From: Microgenomates group bacterium Gr01-1014_5
Lineage (GTDB): Bacteria > Patescibacteriota > Microgenomatia > UBA8517 > UBA10165
Direction of reading: 5' to 3'
Assembly (NCBI GenBank): GCA_007376395.1
Contig: VMGE01000001.1
Location: forward strand, 25,635-89,634
DNA length: 64,000 bases
The stretch's first letter is position 1; each line of letters opens with the position of its first letter. This document shows, piece after piece, positions 46,408-56,635 of this stretch. Made by a program: the position numbers and the translations under genes. The notes under the pieces were generated by a model that worked only from the letters and a program-made list of their open reading frames with translations, ran no database searches and had not been told where the DNA came from.

Positions 46408-46988
46408 AGTTGGATAAATCTATTTTTTCCCGCTATTAGAGCCATTTTTCTTGCAGTAGCCATAGGCATAAACTTAACAGGTGTGTTTTGTAAATCCCGC
46501 ATACGGCTAGATACTAAAAAATCAATAAGGGCAGAAGGACCGGACAGTCTTAATATAGTTGCATATTGTTGTCTATGTATTTCTAAATTTGCCTGACCTA
46601 TTAAGACATAGTCTGGAGTTTTTTTGAGGTTTGTGTGACTATAATCAGTACCTCCGTATAATTCTAGAAAAACTTTATCTGTGATATAAGATTCTCCTCT
46701 AATGACCTGTTCTGCTTCCAGAATTACGATTGCAGGCCACATAAATGACGCTATGAGAGTTTTTGTTTTTAAATCTAGCAAATCTCTATCAGATTTACTG
46801 CTTCTGCTTCTAGCTGAGTTGTTTCGAGCCATTTCCATGGCTTCGTCGATAATTGCCTGAGCCGCACTTCCCGCCGGGCTCCTTCCCTCGTTCCGTAAAC
46901 GAGTAATTTTTGCAGAATCCTCAGAACTAATAACATTTGGGTATATTATTTCCGGCACTCTATTCCAAAAACTTATTTCTCTGCCCAT
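46362..46988 (-). CDS. hypothetical protein
   Basis: 208-aa ORF; TATAAT upstream. Confidence 0.55.
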   Translation of the reverse strand: MGREISFWNRVPEIIYPNVISSEDSAKITRLRNEGRSPAGSAAQAIIDEAMEMARNNSARSRSSKSDRDLLDLKTKTLIASFMWPAIVILEAEQVIRGESYITDKVFLELYGGTDYSHTNLKKTPDYVLIGQANLEIHRQQYATILRLSGPSALIDFLVSSRMRDLQNTPVKFMPMATARKMALIAGKNRFIQLYSALGGLSSKSEDL

Positions 46989-47012
46989 GCGGAAGAGATT
47001 ATAACAGAACCC

Positions 47013-47112
47013 AAGAAAACCATCCCCCTATGGTGGATAGATGAATTGGATTCTGATATGTTATTCTCCTTTAGAGGAGAAACCCCGCTCTTTTAGAGCG
47101 GGGAGAATGTCA
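47013..47112 (+). mobile_element. non-autonomous IS200/IS605-like end remnant (~100 bp)
   Basis: GAAACCCCGCTCTTTTAGAGCGGGGAGAATGTCA right-end-like hairpin; ...GATGAATTG left-end-like motif. Confidence 0.55.
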
Positions 47113-48456
47113 TTACTTTTTTGTAACTGTATATGTTGTCGGGTGGTAGAGGAAAATGATTGGAGAATCTTCGACCAAAAAGCGTTGAAAATCAATATAG
47201 ATTTGCTTCCGGGACTCCTGGTCAAGAGTTCTGCGCCCGTCCTCTAAAAGCTTATCTATCCTTTGACTTTCTTTTGAATTCCTGTAATTTGTTATATTGC
47301 TGGAACTTTGGGTAGAGTGCCAAAAACTATACTGATCCGGATCTGGCGGGGTCTCCTGGATTGCCAGCATTGTTTGAAAATCGCCTGGAGGGCTATTTGA
47401 GACTTGAACCTGAGTTTTTATACCAACAGCTTCCCAATTAACTTTAATTTTATCAGCTACAGAAAGCAGTGTCGGGGTAGTTACAAGCTTTATTGTCAAA
47501 CTTTCCCGTTGGTCTTTTGACAACGTTTGCAGTAGTTCGCGAGATCTGGCTGGGTTATAGGCATATTGCTTTACTTGAGGATTATATGCCCAAGAGTTAG
47601 GGGAAATTGGGCCAATTGCACGTTTTTTCCCGAACGCATCTTTGTCGATAGCATAAGTTAACGCCTGACGTAAACTTTTGTCGGACAGAACTAAATCTTG
47701 ATTGTTAATAAAGACTGCAACATATAAATCAGACCGGGAATGTTCGGTCAGGTCTACCGTTTTCCAATCCTTAATTTCTCGGGTCTCAACAATATCCCTT
47801 AACTGCCCTACTTCACCTAACTTAAACGCTGTTCTGGCGGTTTCTTCGGTCGGATAAAATCTATAGGTTTTAACCTGTAAAGTTTGGGTGTTAATTAACT
47901 TTAAAGATTCGACGAATCTTCCTCCCGAGGCAAGCGTAATTTTAGAAACTTTCCATTTCCCTGTTCCTAAAAACCCTTTTTTAAAAACCGGTTTTATCAT
48001 AACCGAAGGGAAAGGAGAGAAAGGATCCTTTAATTTAAACTTAACGGTTTTCTCGTCGATTATTTCGCTTGTTACGTCGGAGAATGAATAATTAATATCT
48101 TTTGCGACAACTTGAGTTCCATCTTGCCACTTATGATCCCCTAGTCTAAAAATCCAAACCTTACCTTCTTCCAGCGTTTCCCAACTTTCTGCTAGAGCCG
48201 GGGCAACTTCATTCTTATCGGTTAGCCGGGTTAAACCCGAACTTACCTCGACTAGTATCGAAAGAGGAAGCTCGCCTGGAGAATATCTGCCGACGTAGCC
48301 AACTGAATCCCCGCGCGTAAAAGGAAGAAATAAGCCTGTAATTTTTGGAACAACTGTAAAGAAAAGTACGCCAACAATAATTCCGCCTAAAAAAATAAAT
48401 TTGAACTTTGTTAAGAAAGCGTGCAAAAAGCGTACCCAGTAGCGAATTTTACGCAT
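47113..48456 (-). CDS. ABC transporter substrate-binding protein (family 5)
   Basis: PALAESW, KWQDG, GTGKW, LRQALTYAID, PDPDQY. Confidence 0.88.
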   Translation of the reverse strand: MRKIRYWVRFLHAFLTKFKFIFLGGIIVGVLFFTVVPKITGLFLPFTRGDSVGYVGRYSPGELPLSILVEVSSGLTRLTDKNEVAPALAESWETLEEGKVWIFRLGDHKWQDGTQVVAKDINYSFSDVTSEIIDEKTVKFKLKDPFSPFPSVMIKPVFKKGFLGTGKWKVSKITLASGGRFVESLKLINTQTLQVKTYRFYPTEETARTAFKLGEVGQLRDIVETREIKDWKTVDLTEHSRSDLYVAVFINNQDLVLSDKSLRQALTYAIDKDAFGKKRAIGPISPNSWAYNPQVKQYAYNPARSRELLQTLSKDQRESLTIKLVTTPTLLSVADKIKVNWEAVGIKTQVQVSNSPPGDFQTMLAIQETPPDPDQYSFWHSTQSSSNITNYRNSKESQRIDKLLEDGRRTLDQESRKQIYIDFQRFLVEDSPIIFLYHPTTYTVTKK

Positions 48457-48458
48457 AA

Positions 48459-48671
48459 TTAAAGTACTAAGGAAGCAAGTGAAACAGCAACAAACAGAAA
48501 GGTGACTAAAATCGTCCCTCTGAACAGAATCTTCTCAACCCCACGGCGCGTTCCGTATAACTCCCCTTCTCCTCCCCAGGCAGAACCAAGCCCGGCGCCT
48601 CGTCCTTGTAAAACAATTAAAACTATCAAAATCAAGGCTAGGATTGTTTGGACAATTGAAAACAAATTCAT
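48459..48671 (-). CDS. secG: preprotein translocase subunit SecG
   Basis: LQGRGAGLGSAWGG...TRRGVEK; two TM segments. Confidence 0.9.
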   Translation of the reverse strand: MNLFSIVQTILALILIVLIVLQGRGAGLGSAWGGEGELYGTRRGVEKILFRGTILVTFLFVAVSLASLVL

Positions 48672-48707
48672 ACTTTAGAGTATATACCAGTAAGCCTTAG
48701 CCTCACA

Positions 48708-48733
48708 AGTTCACCCCGATTATATTGGGGTTT
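48708..48733. repeat. 21-bp palindromic unit (intergenic)
   Basis: GTTCA-CCCCGATTATATTGGG-GTTTA. Confidence 0.7.
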
Positions 48734-48734
48734 A

Positions 48735-49136
48735 CTAATGCAAAAGCCAAAAAAGAAGAGATACTGTAAATGAAACTAATATAGCGATTAAAATATATGC
48801 TCCCAACACAGATAAGGTTAACGAAGGAATAATAAAATACTCTGTTACGAGACCGGGATAGGCAAATGCCTTGATGACAAACCCTTGAACAAGCAGTGTT
48901 GTTAGGTACAAAGCGGCGACACTGGAAACCCAGCGAAAGACGCCTAAGGTAACCAAATTAAAAGGAAGTAGAAGAAGATTAATCAGAGGCTTGATTAGAC
49001 CGTCGACCAAGGTTAGAGCTAAAGAGGCGGAGAGGAGAATTTTAGGGTCATTGGCAAACTCAATCCCGCCAACATTGGTAGCTATAAACCAAATAACTGC
49101 CGTGTGAACTATAAATGAGCGAAGTAGACCTTTCAT
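48735..49136 (-). CDS. 4-TM 'phage holin family' membrane protein
   Basis: IKPLINLLLLPFNLVTLGVF. Confidence 0.8.
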   Translation of the reverse strand: MKGLLRSFIVHTAVIWFIATNVGGIEFANDPKILLSASLALTLVDGLIKPLINLLLLPFNLVTLGVFRWVSSVAALYLTTLLVQGFVIKAFAYPGLVTEYFIIPSLTLSVLGAYILIAILVSFTVSLLFWLLH

Positions 49137-49250
49137 TAAAATATTGGGTAACTACTAATATGTAACAAGTTATTTCGATCAAAGTCAAGGTGATGCATAT
49201 TGATATAGTTATTGCGCTGTGAATGAAATTCTGATACTATACGAATACAC

Positions 49251-49760
49251 ATGGCACAACTTCGAGAAACAACCAGTTTTTCAGGAACATATTTAAAAGA
49301 AATCGCCTCGCGCGCTGATGAATATCTTCATGCCTATCCAGACGCTACCCGCGATGAATTAGTAGAGACTATTAGCTTAGAAGAAAGTGAACGTCCGCTC
49401 GTTGATGTAGCCTTAGATGCATTAAATCAAATAAGTGTTTTAGAAGTTAAGGGTGACGAAATTGGAAACAGAGTAAGAGCATTTGTAGTACAGACAATGA
49501 CTCCACCGGGTAGTACTGTATACGAAACAACTTGGACAGGAGAAAAACCAGAAAGTCTAACGAGAGAAACAGAATCACCCAGACATCCTGAAGTGTCAAA
49601 ACCCGCAGAAGTGCAATACCCTTTTAGACCAGCAGGTCAAAAGCCAACAGATAGGCAAATACGTCTCAGGGAGAATCCTTTATTGATCGCAAACGAAGAA
49701 GTGAAAAGGATCGTTTTAAAAATATCCGACGATAGCTCGCGAATTAATGGAGAAAACTAA
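49251..49760 (+). CDS. hypothetical protein
   Basis: 169-aa ORF. Confidence 0.55.
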   Translation: MAQLRETTSFSGTYLKEIASRADEYLHAYPDATRDELVETISLEESERPLVDVALDALNQISVLEVKGDEIGNRVRAFVVQTMTPPGSTVYETTWTGEKPESLTRETESPRHPEVSKPAEVQYPFRPAGQKPTDRQIRLRENPLLIANEEVKRIVLKISDDSSRINGEN

Positions 49761-49816
49761 CAGTTCAAGTCGACAAGTTGTATCTATGCATGTTTCTCGA
49801 TAAATTGAGTGATATT

Positions 49817-51157
49817 TTAACTACTTGACTTAAAACTTTGCAGTCTTAGTTTAAAATGCAAACGACGGGCAAACCTGTGCGCTTCATCCCGTATCCTTTG
49901 TAAAAGAGATAGCGCAAGGTTACCGACAGGAAGTCTAAGGACGACAAAGCTAACGTCTAACTTTACCTTTACACCTGAGAGGTGTAGCCTTGGAATTATG
50001 ATCTCTTCTAACCTTTTGGCTAATCCGACCACTGGGATTCGCACACTATATTCTTTCAACACTAAACGAGCTGCTCCAACCTGTCCTTTTCCTCCATCAA
50101 TAATAATTAAGTCAGGTCTCCCCCAATCTGTAAAGTGCTTAACTCTGCGAATCAAGGTTTCTTTAAGCATGGCGTAATCGTCGCGAGAATTTTTTGACTT
50201 AATTTTGAAATGACGATAAAAAGTTTTTTCCGGTTCACCGTTTACAAAAGTCACCATAGAGGAGGTTGCGTTTTTACCGGACAAGTGGGAAACATCATAG
50301 CACTCAATTCTTGAAGGACACTTCAAGTATTTAAAGTGCGGTTTTAATAATTTATACAAAGATTTTGCCTCGTTTTCTCTTATATCTTCTAATAGATTAG
50401 GATTTTCTAAATACTCTCTTGGACTTTTATATGGAGTAGTTATGTATTCTAAATTCTTTATCTGGTCGCGGATTTTGGAGGCTAATTCGAAATCTTCTTG
50501 TTTTGCTGCATTGACCATTTCCTTTTGCAATGACTTGTACAGCATCTTAGATTTCCCAGATAATAAATCCTTTATTCTTTTGATATTTTTTCTATATTCT
50601 AGTTTCATTTGAATTTTATCAATTGGATTTTGCGTATTTGCGATATAAGACGGGCAAGGATTACAAAGACCTAAGTGCGCATACAAACAAGGCCTTTTGC
50701 CAATTTTATTTTGTGAATGATACGGAAAGATGCGCCTTACGCGTCTAAGGACTGATTTTACGGCAGTAGACGAAGGAAATGGTCCAAAATATAATGCCTG
50801 CTTATCGTCCTCCTTTCTGCTCGTGATTACTTTGGGGTAATCCTCGCCGGTTATCTTAATATAGAGGGGGTGTTTATCATCTTTGGCTGTACTATTGTAA
50901 TGGGGCAGGTTTTGTTTGATTAAGTCGGCTTCAAGCAATAATGCCTCGAGCTCTGACGCAACCGGAATAGCTTCAATGGTCTGAGCTGAATTTATTAACG
51001 CGCGCGTCTTTTCGTAGTCGCTTGCCAAGTGTTGTTTGACGCGGTCGCGCACACTAATACTTTTTCCGACATAAAGCACTTTTCCCTCATAATCACGGAA
51101 AATATAGACGCCTGGAGCAGTAATTAGGCTTGATGCTTGTTGTTGAAGACTCTTCAC
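49817..51157 (-). CDS. uvrC: excinuclease ABC subunit C (short form lacking HhH)
   Basis: PGVY...LYVGKS, RIECYDVSH, IIDGGKGQ, RIRDEAHRFA. Confidence 0.93.
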   Translation of the reverse strand: MKSLQQQASSLITAPGVYIFRDYEGKVLYVGKSISVRDRVKQHLASDYEKTRALINSAQTIEAIPVASELEALLLEADLIKQNLPHYNSTAKDDKHPLYIKITGEDYPKVITSRKEDDKQALYFGPFPSSTAVKSVLRRVRRIFPYHSQNKIGKRPCLYAHLGLCNPCPSYIANTQNPIDKIQMKLEYRKNIKRIKDLLSGKSKMLYKSLQKEMVNAAKQEDFELASKIRDQIKNLEYITTPYKSPREYLENPNLLEDIRENEAKSLYKLLKPHFKYLKCPSRIECYDVSHLSGKNATSSMVTFVNGEPEKTFYRHFKIKSKNSRDDYAMLKETLIRRVKHFTDWGRPDLIIIDGGKGQVGAARLVLKEYSVRIPVVGLAKRLEEIIIPRLHLSGVKVKLDVSFVVLRLPVGNLALSLLQRIRDEAHRFARRLHFKLRLQSFKSSS

Positions 51158-51163
51158 TCAAGG

Positions 51164-53044
51164 CTAATTATATAACGACCGGGCTTTTCCAACAAGTTGT
51201 TTAGCCTTTTTGTAGGCACGTGGAGAAAAAACGGCAGCAATTAAAAGAAGTACTAAAGTTAAAAAGAGGACGATTCTGCTAACGATAATATGTTCCCCTT
51301 CAAGTGAATATGAATCGCTAAAATCACCGATATTAGCAACAAGTTCGCTGTCTGTTCCGAATGGGAATAACGGAGAACGAGCGCTAGCTTGAAGAGTGGT
51401 TGAAGAGTAAGGAGCTAAAAACTCAACATTTGTAGAGGTTGATAATTTACCACCTTTAAGAACTAAAGGACGGTTATAGAGAGCGCTTTGACCCAAATTT
51501 TTTATTTGTATTGAATAGGAATTGGAAATAAAAGGCAGATCAAAAGAAAATGGAAGGAAAAATGTTTCTGCCGGGCTAATTTTTATCTCAATTTGTTCGT
51601 TTCTCTGGATTGGCATAACACCGAATTTGGCTGTTATATCTTTTTGCGGCATACCTTTCTCTTTATATGCTCCGGCGGGAAGTGGATAAACAGAGCTAGC
51701 GCCATGTATGGCGAACGTAACGTGCGAAAGGTCAAACTTGTCGAAAAAATCTATTCCTCCGGTTGTATTTTCCCAAGTTGGGTCGACCGGCTGCCAAACC
51801 GCGTTTTTCTCATCCCAATATTCGGGCCAAGCATGTAAAACGTCTGCGACAAGGGAAAGTGGCTGTAACTCGGGGTTTTCAGTATGCGCGTATCCATTTA
51901 TTTCCCGGGCTGGAATCCCAGCCGCTCTGGAAAGAGCGATAAACAAATCCGTAAATTCCATACAAATTGCGCGGTCGGGATTTTCCAAGGCTTTGACTGC
52001 TCCAAAACGTTCAACATCTTCCTTAACCCTGCTGTAGTCATAATCAAGTTTGTTTACTACGAAGTCATAAATTTGCCGGGGAGTTTTAAGAGTTTTGGCA
52101 AGTAACTGAATTTGCGGATCGTTGACCTGCCATTTATCTGTAGCAGAAAGGTAATAGTTCACAGAATTTGGCAATACCTTGAGATAGTCACTTTGAGGTT
52201 GAGAAAATACCTGAACCGAAACTTGAGCAACTATTTCTTTACTTACTTGAGGTTTTAATTTATATTTAGCCATCCAATTTCCATCTTTGTCCAAACGTAC
52301 CGAGAGCGGCGTTGGTTGTAAGTTTTCGTAATAAACTTTTTGATACGCTGTGTCGGGAATAAGGGCAATTTCTGTCTCAACCTCTTTATTTGATGCATTT
52401 GGCAAGTGGTAATTAAGAGTAAAATTAAAAACCTGAAAATCTCCAAAAATAGCCACCACGCCAGCTTTAGTTAAATCGTCTTTTTTAAACGAAAAAACTT
52501 GCAAACTTCCATCATCGTTTTTATTTCTAGGTTTGGGTGAAATATATGCCGGAGCGCCAAAGATACTAGGGACCTTGACCGTTAAATTGTATTCGTTTAT
52601 TAGTTCCGGCGTGGCAAGTTTGGGAATGCCAGCATCCCAAACTTTACCGTTTCTAGTCGCTATTTGGGAATTATTGTAGTGTACTGAAAAAACGCGGGTT
52701 TTCCCTTTACCGACCAGTGCTTCAGGGAAGGAAATTGTAATCTCATATTTCCCTTCTATTTCTTTCAGTTCTGTCTGGATTTGTTTTCCACCAGATTCAG
52801 TGCGCAGATTATCTGGTTTTTTACCTTCAATTTTTAAAGTATATGAACTTGCGTAAATTTTAGAGAAATTATTAGTAAGACTTATTCTTTGCTCAACTTC
52901 CGCCGCTCCTTCTTTGTCGACTGTGTAGGTTGTGTCATAAATAACATTAAACTCTTCCTGGGCGAGAGAACTAGAATTAAGAATGAAGAATAATGAGTAA
53001 AATACAAAAAGAAACGAGGTAAATCTGAGACAGGCAATACGCAC
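51164..53044 (-). CDS. membrane-anchored transglutaminase-like protein
   Basis: ICMEFTDLF...GIPAR, HAWPEY, VDPTW. Confidence 0.85.
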   Translation of the reverse strand: MRIACLRFTSFLFVFYSLFFILNSSSLAQEEFNVIYDTTYTVDKEGAAEVEQRISLTNNFSKIYASSYTLKIEGKKPDNLRTESGGKQIQTELKEIEGKYEITISFPEALVGKGKTRVFSVHYNNSQIATRNGKVWDAGIPKLATPELINEYNLTVKVPSIFGAPAYISPKPRNKNDDGSLQVFSFKKDDLTKAGVVAIFGDFQVFNFTLNYHLPNASNKEVETEIALIPDTAYQKVYYENLQPTPLSVRLDKDGNWMAKYKLKPQVSKEIVAQVSVQVFSQPQSDYLKVLPNSVNYYLSATDKWQVNDPQIQLLAKTLKTPRQIYDFVVNKLDYDYSRVKEDVERFGAVKALENPDRAICMEFTDLFIALSRAAGIPAREINGYAHTENPELQPLSLVADVLHAWPEYWDEKNAVWQPVDPTWENTTGGIDFFDKFDLSHVTFAIHGASSVYPLPAGAYKEKGMPQKDITAKFGVMPIQRNEQIEIKISPAETFFLPFSFDLPFISNSYSIQIKNLGQSALYNRPLVLKGGKLSTSTNVEFLAPYSSTTLQASARSPLFPFGTDSELVANIGDFSDSYSLEGEHIIVSRIVLFLTLVLLLIAAVFSPRAYKKAKQLVGKARSLYN

Positions 53045-53053
53045 AAACTAATT

Positions 53054-56000
53054 CTACACGATTTTTGCCAAAAATTGTCCTGTGTAAGAATTTTTAACCA
53101 TCGCAATATGTTCCGGAGTGCCAACAGCGATTATTTCTCCACCCTTGTCTCCTCCTTCTGGTCCCATATCTATAACCCAATCTGCATTTTTAATAACGTC
53201 CAGGTTGTGCTCAATAACGACAACAGTATTCCCCATCTGCACCAATTTTTGAAACACGCGGATTAATTTTTCTAGATCCGCAAAATGCAATCCTGTTGTC
53301 GGTTCATCAAGAATATAAAAAGTTCCGGTACCAGAACGTTTACCAAGCTCAGAAGCCAGTTTAATGCGCTGTGCCTCTCCTCCAGAAAGAGTCGTGGCAG
53401 ACTGCCCAAGTTCCATGTAATCAAGACCTACTTCCAGCAAAGTGTCGAGTTTGTCAGCAATTGCAGGAATATTAGCAAAAAAGTTACGCGCTTCTTCGAC
53501 GGTCATTTTTAAGACATTTGCTATATTTTTTCCGTGCCAATCGACGTCTAGAGTCTCACGATTATAGCGCGAGCCGTTACACACGTCACATGTTACATAA
53601 ACGTCAGATAAAAATTGCATTTCAATTTTAATTAAACCCTGGCCTTCGCAATTTTCACAACGCCCGCCTTTAACGTTAAAAGAAAAACGGCCTTGTTTAT
53701 AACCCCTTACGCGCGCTTCAGAGGTTTGAGCATACAGCGCCCTGATTTCGTTAAAAACCCCGGTATAAGTAACAGGGTTAGAGCGAGGAGTGCGCCCTAT
53801 TGGGGATTGGTCAATTAAAGAAACACGGTTTACCCCGTCTAACCCCTGCAAGTCTTTGTAATGCTGGCGGTTCACATATTGTTCTTCTTCTGAAAGCCGC
53901 CAGCGGTATTTGGCTATAGGTATTTCAGTTTTTAAGGCCGGATATAGTGTATCTACCAGTAAAGTAGACTTACCAGACCCGGAAACTCCGGTGATACAGA
54001 CAAGCTTTGCCAAGGGAATTTTTATATCAACATTTTTTAAATTGAACTGATCGGCTTCTTTTAGGACTAACCATTGTTGACTCCGATCAGATCGGAGCTG
54101 ATCACCTGTCAATTGTTTTTGTCCTTTTCTAAAATCTAAAGACTTTTTTCCGGACAAGTACTTTCCGGTTAAAGAATCTTTATCTGCAATTATTTCTTTT
54201 ACAGACCCTTGGGCAACTATTGCCCCGCCGTGTTTACCTGCACCTGGGCCAAAATCAAGAATCCAATCTGCCTCTTCCATCATTTCCCGGTCATGTTCCA
54301 CGACAATAACCGAATTTCCCAGGTCACGCAGGTGATGGAGCGTATTTATTAATCTTTTGTTGTCTCTTTGATGTAAACCAATGGTTGGCTCGTCAAGAAC
54401 ATAAAGTACTCCGGTTAAACCAGACCCAATTTGCGAAGCAAGCCTGATTCTCTGCGCCTCTCCTCCCGAAAGGGTTCCCGATGGTCTTTCTAAAGTTAAG
54501 TACTCTAATCCTACAGATACTAAAAAGGAAAGCCTGGCTAGTATCTCCTTAAAAATTAACTTTCCAATTTCCAACTCTCTTGTTGACAAAACTGATAAAG
54601 GGGACGCCTTGTACACCTTACCAGGCTCGTTTCCGCTGTTTAAGGGGACGCCTTGTACACCTGCAATACTTTTAAAAAAATCGATTGCTTCCTGGATCGG
54701 CATACGGGTTATGTCAATAATGGACTTTTTGTCAACAGTGATTGATAAAGTCTCGAGTCGAAGTCTGGTTCCTTTACAATCTGGACAGAGTTGTTCCTGC
54801 ATATACTTGGAAAGTTCACCGCGCACATAATCAGATTCTGTTTGGGAGTGACGGCGTTCAAGTTCCGGAATAACACCAGGGAATTTTTCATGAATCCAGG
54901 TTTCGTGTCCAAATCTGTTATCTCCTTTGACCCGGTACTCGCGTGTACCCGTTCCATAGAGCAATATTTTTGTATCTGCTTCCGAAAGATTTCCCAATGC
55001 TGTTTGTACATTAAATCCGTTATCTTCAGCTACTGTTTTAATTAACCTCGAATACCAAGTATCTTTTTCAAAAATATTGGCGAGTGGTAAAATCCCGCCT
55101 TCTGCTACTGTCAGGCGAGGGTTAATAATCTTATGCAGATCGATCTTTAACAGAGTGCCTATACCCGAGCATGTCTGACAGGCTCCGTGTGGAGAATTAA
55201 AGGAAAATGTGCGCGGTTCAATTTCTGGAAAACTTATATTATCCACAGGACAGGAAAAACGTTCTGAAAAAAGGTGGTCGGCAAACTCCTTTGGTCTGTC
55301 GGGAAGGGAAAATGATTTATCCTTAATCTCTGAAACTACAACCAAACCTTCTGCCAGAGCTAAGGCTTGTTCAATTGCCGTAAAGAGACGGGAACGAAGG
55401 TTTTCTTCAGCAACTTTGTCCTTCAATTGAGTTTTTTCAATCGAAATGCGATCAGTAATAATATCAATATCGTGTTTGTTATTTTTTAATAGATATAAAT
55501 CTTCATCTAAACCATAAAACTTTCCGTCAATTCTTGCTCTTGTAAATCCTTTGGCGCGCATAGTTTCTAAAAGATTAGAAAATTCACCTTTTCTATCCCG
55601 CACAACAGGTGACAAAACCATATACATAGCCATTCTTTGGGTTTTTAACGTATTTTTTACCAGTTGTAGAGCATGGTCTGTGATTTGCTCGGCAGATTGA
55701 GAAGCAATTTCCCGTCCGCACAAGGGACAGTGTGGATGGCCAACCCGAGCAAAGAGTAAGCGCAAGTAGTCATAAATTTCCGTGACTGTTCCGACTGTGG
55801 AGCGCGGGTTGTGCGAGGTTGTCTTTTGCTCAATTGAAATTGCCGGGGAAAGGCCGTCTATGGCATCAACATCAGGCTTGTTCATGATGCCCAAAAACTG
55901 CCGGGCGTAAGAAGAGAGGCTTTCGACGTAGCGCCTTTGCCCCTCTGCGTAAATTGTGTCAAAGGCAAGAGATGACTTTCCAGACCCAGAAAGACCGGTA

Positions 56001-56089
56001 AAGACAACCAGTTTATTCTTTGGTATATCGACATCTATACCTTTCAGATTGTGCTGCCTTGCTCCACGAACACTTATAATATCGTTCAT
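53054..56089 (-). CDS. uvrA: excinuclease ABC subunit A
   Basis: [14 protein letters not shown]; two LSGGEAQR signatures; Zn fingers. Confidence 0.97.
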   Translation of the reverse strand: MNDIISVRGARQHNLKGIDVDIPKNKLVVFTGLSGSGKSSLAFDTIYAEGQRRYVESLSSYARQFLGIMNKPDVDAIDGLSPAISIEQKTTSHNPRSTVGTVTEIYDYLRLLFARVGHPHCPLCGREIASQSAEQITDHALQLVKNTLKTQRMAMYMVLSPVVRDRKGEFSNLLETMRAKGFTRARIDGKFYGLDEDLYLLKNNKHDIDIITDRISIEKTQLKDKVAEENLRSRLFTAIEQALALAEGLVVVSEIKDKSFSLPDRPKEFADHLFSERFSCPVDNISFPEIEPRTFSFNSPHGACQTCSGIGTLLKIDLHKIINPRLTVAEGGILPLANIFEKDTWYSRLIKTVAEDNGFNVQTALGNLSEADTKILLYGTGTREYRVKGDNRFGHETWIHEKFPGVIPELERRHSQTESDYVRGELSKYMQEQLCPDCKGTRLRLETLSITVDKKSIIDITRMPIQEAIDFFKSIAGVQGVPLNSGNEPGKVYKASPLSVLSTRELEIGKLIFKEILARLSFLVSVGLEYLTLERPSGTLSGGEAQRIRLASQIGSGLTGVLYVLDEPTIGLHQRDNKRLINTLHHLRDLGNSVIVVEHDREMMEEADWILDFGPGAGKHGGAIVAQGSVKEIIADKDSLTGKYLSGKKSLDFRKGQKQLTGDQLRSDRSQQWLVLKEADQFNLKNVDIKIPLAKLVCITGVSGSGKSTLLVDTLYPALKTEIPIAKYRWRLSEEEQYVNRQHYKDLQGLDGVNRVSLIDQSPIGRTPRSNPVTYTGVFNEIRALYAQTSEARVRGYKQGRFSFNVKGGRCENCEGQGLIKIEMQFLSDVYVTCDVCNGSRYNRETLDVDWHGKNIANVLKMTVEEARNFFANIPAIADKLDTLLEVGLDYMELGQSATTLSGGEAQRIKLASELGKRSGTGTFYILDEPTTGLHFADLEKLIRVFQKLVQMGNTVVVIEHNLDVIKNADWVIDMGPEGGDKGGEIIAVGTPEHIAMVKNSYTGQFLAKIV
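54598..54662. repeat. two identical 21-bp repeats inside uvrA
   Basis: AAGGGGACGCCTTGTACACCT at 54598-54618 and 54642-54662. Confidence 0.85.
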
Positions 56090-56234
56090 AGATATGGTGA
56101 CGAAACTCGTATCGTGAGGCGTCAGACGTATTACGTTACCGAAACGAGCATCCTAACCGGTCAACGCCCACGAAAATATGCCGCGGATTGCCGTGGCAAG
56201 TGCTTCTAAACACTCTAGTAAATTATACCACACC

Positions 56235-56250
56235 CCAAAATATACCCGAA
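56235..56250 (-). promoter_or_regulatory. putative LexA box (uvrA)
   Basis: TTCGG-GTATAT-TTTGG just upstream of TATAAT (56222-56227). Confidence 0.6.
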
Positions 56251-56311
56251 TTTGTTTTTTCACCATTTGAGTAGTATACTGAGCACAACGCATGCCCATC
56301 GAGGTGAAATT

Positions 56312-56635
56312 ATGGTAGATATATTAAGGCCAACAGAAATTAGAAAATTGCCATTTGTCGATAGGTTAAATCTTTTCAAAGAAGAAGCCTCCAAATTAAT
56401 TGAAGAAGCTCACCAAGATGATCGTGCAGATTTTGAACGGTTAATAGTAGTTTGCGGTCGTTTCTATTCCATACCAACCCCTGAAGGGGCACGCATAATT
56501 GGACTGGAACGAAGTAGGGTTAGAGACAGAATTGACAATAGAGGAAATCGAGATTCTTGGCGACCACTAGAAGATTTAAATGTCATAGAAGCACTTTATT
56601 TTGCAAATGAGCTTGGTAAAAATATTAATAACTAA
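56312..56635 (+). CDS. hypothetical protein
   Basis: ATG at 56312 after GAGGTG RBS. Confidence 0.55.
   Translation: MVDILRPTEIRKLPFVDRLNLFKEEASKLIEEAHQDDRADFERLIVVCGRFYSIPTPEGARIIGLERSRVRDRIDNRGNRDSWRPLEDLNVIEALYFANELGKNINN

Noticed and set aside
48735-49136. Prophage suggested by the holin-family gene
   Set aside because: Housekeeping context (secG, uvrC) with no phage structural genes
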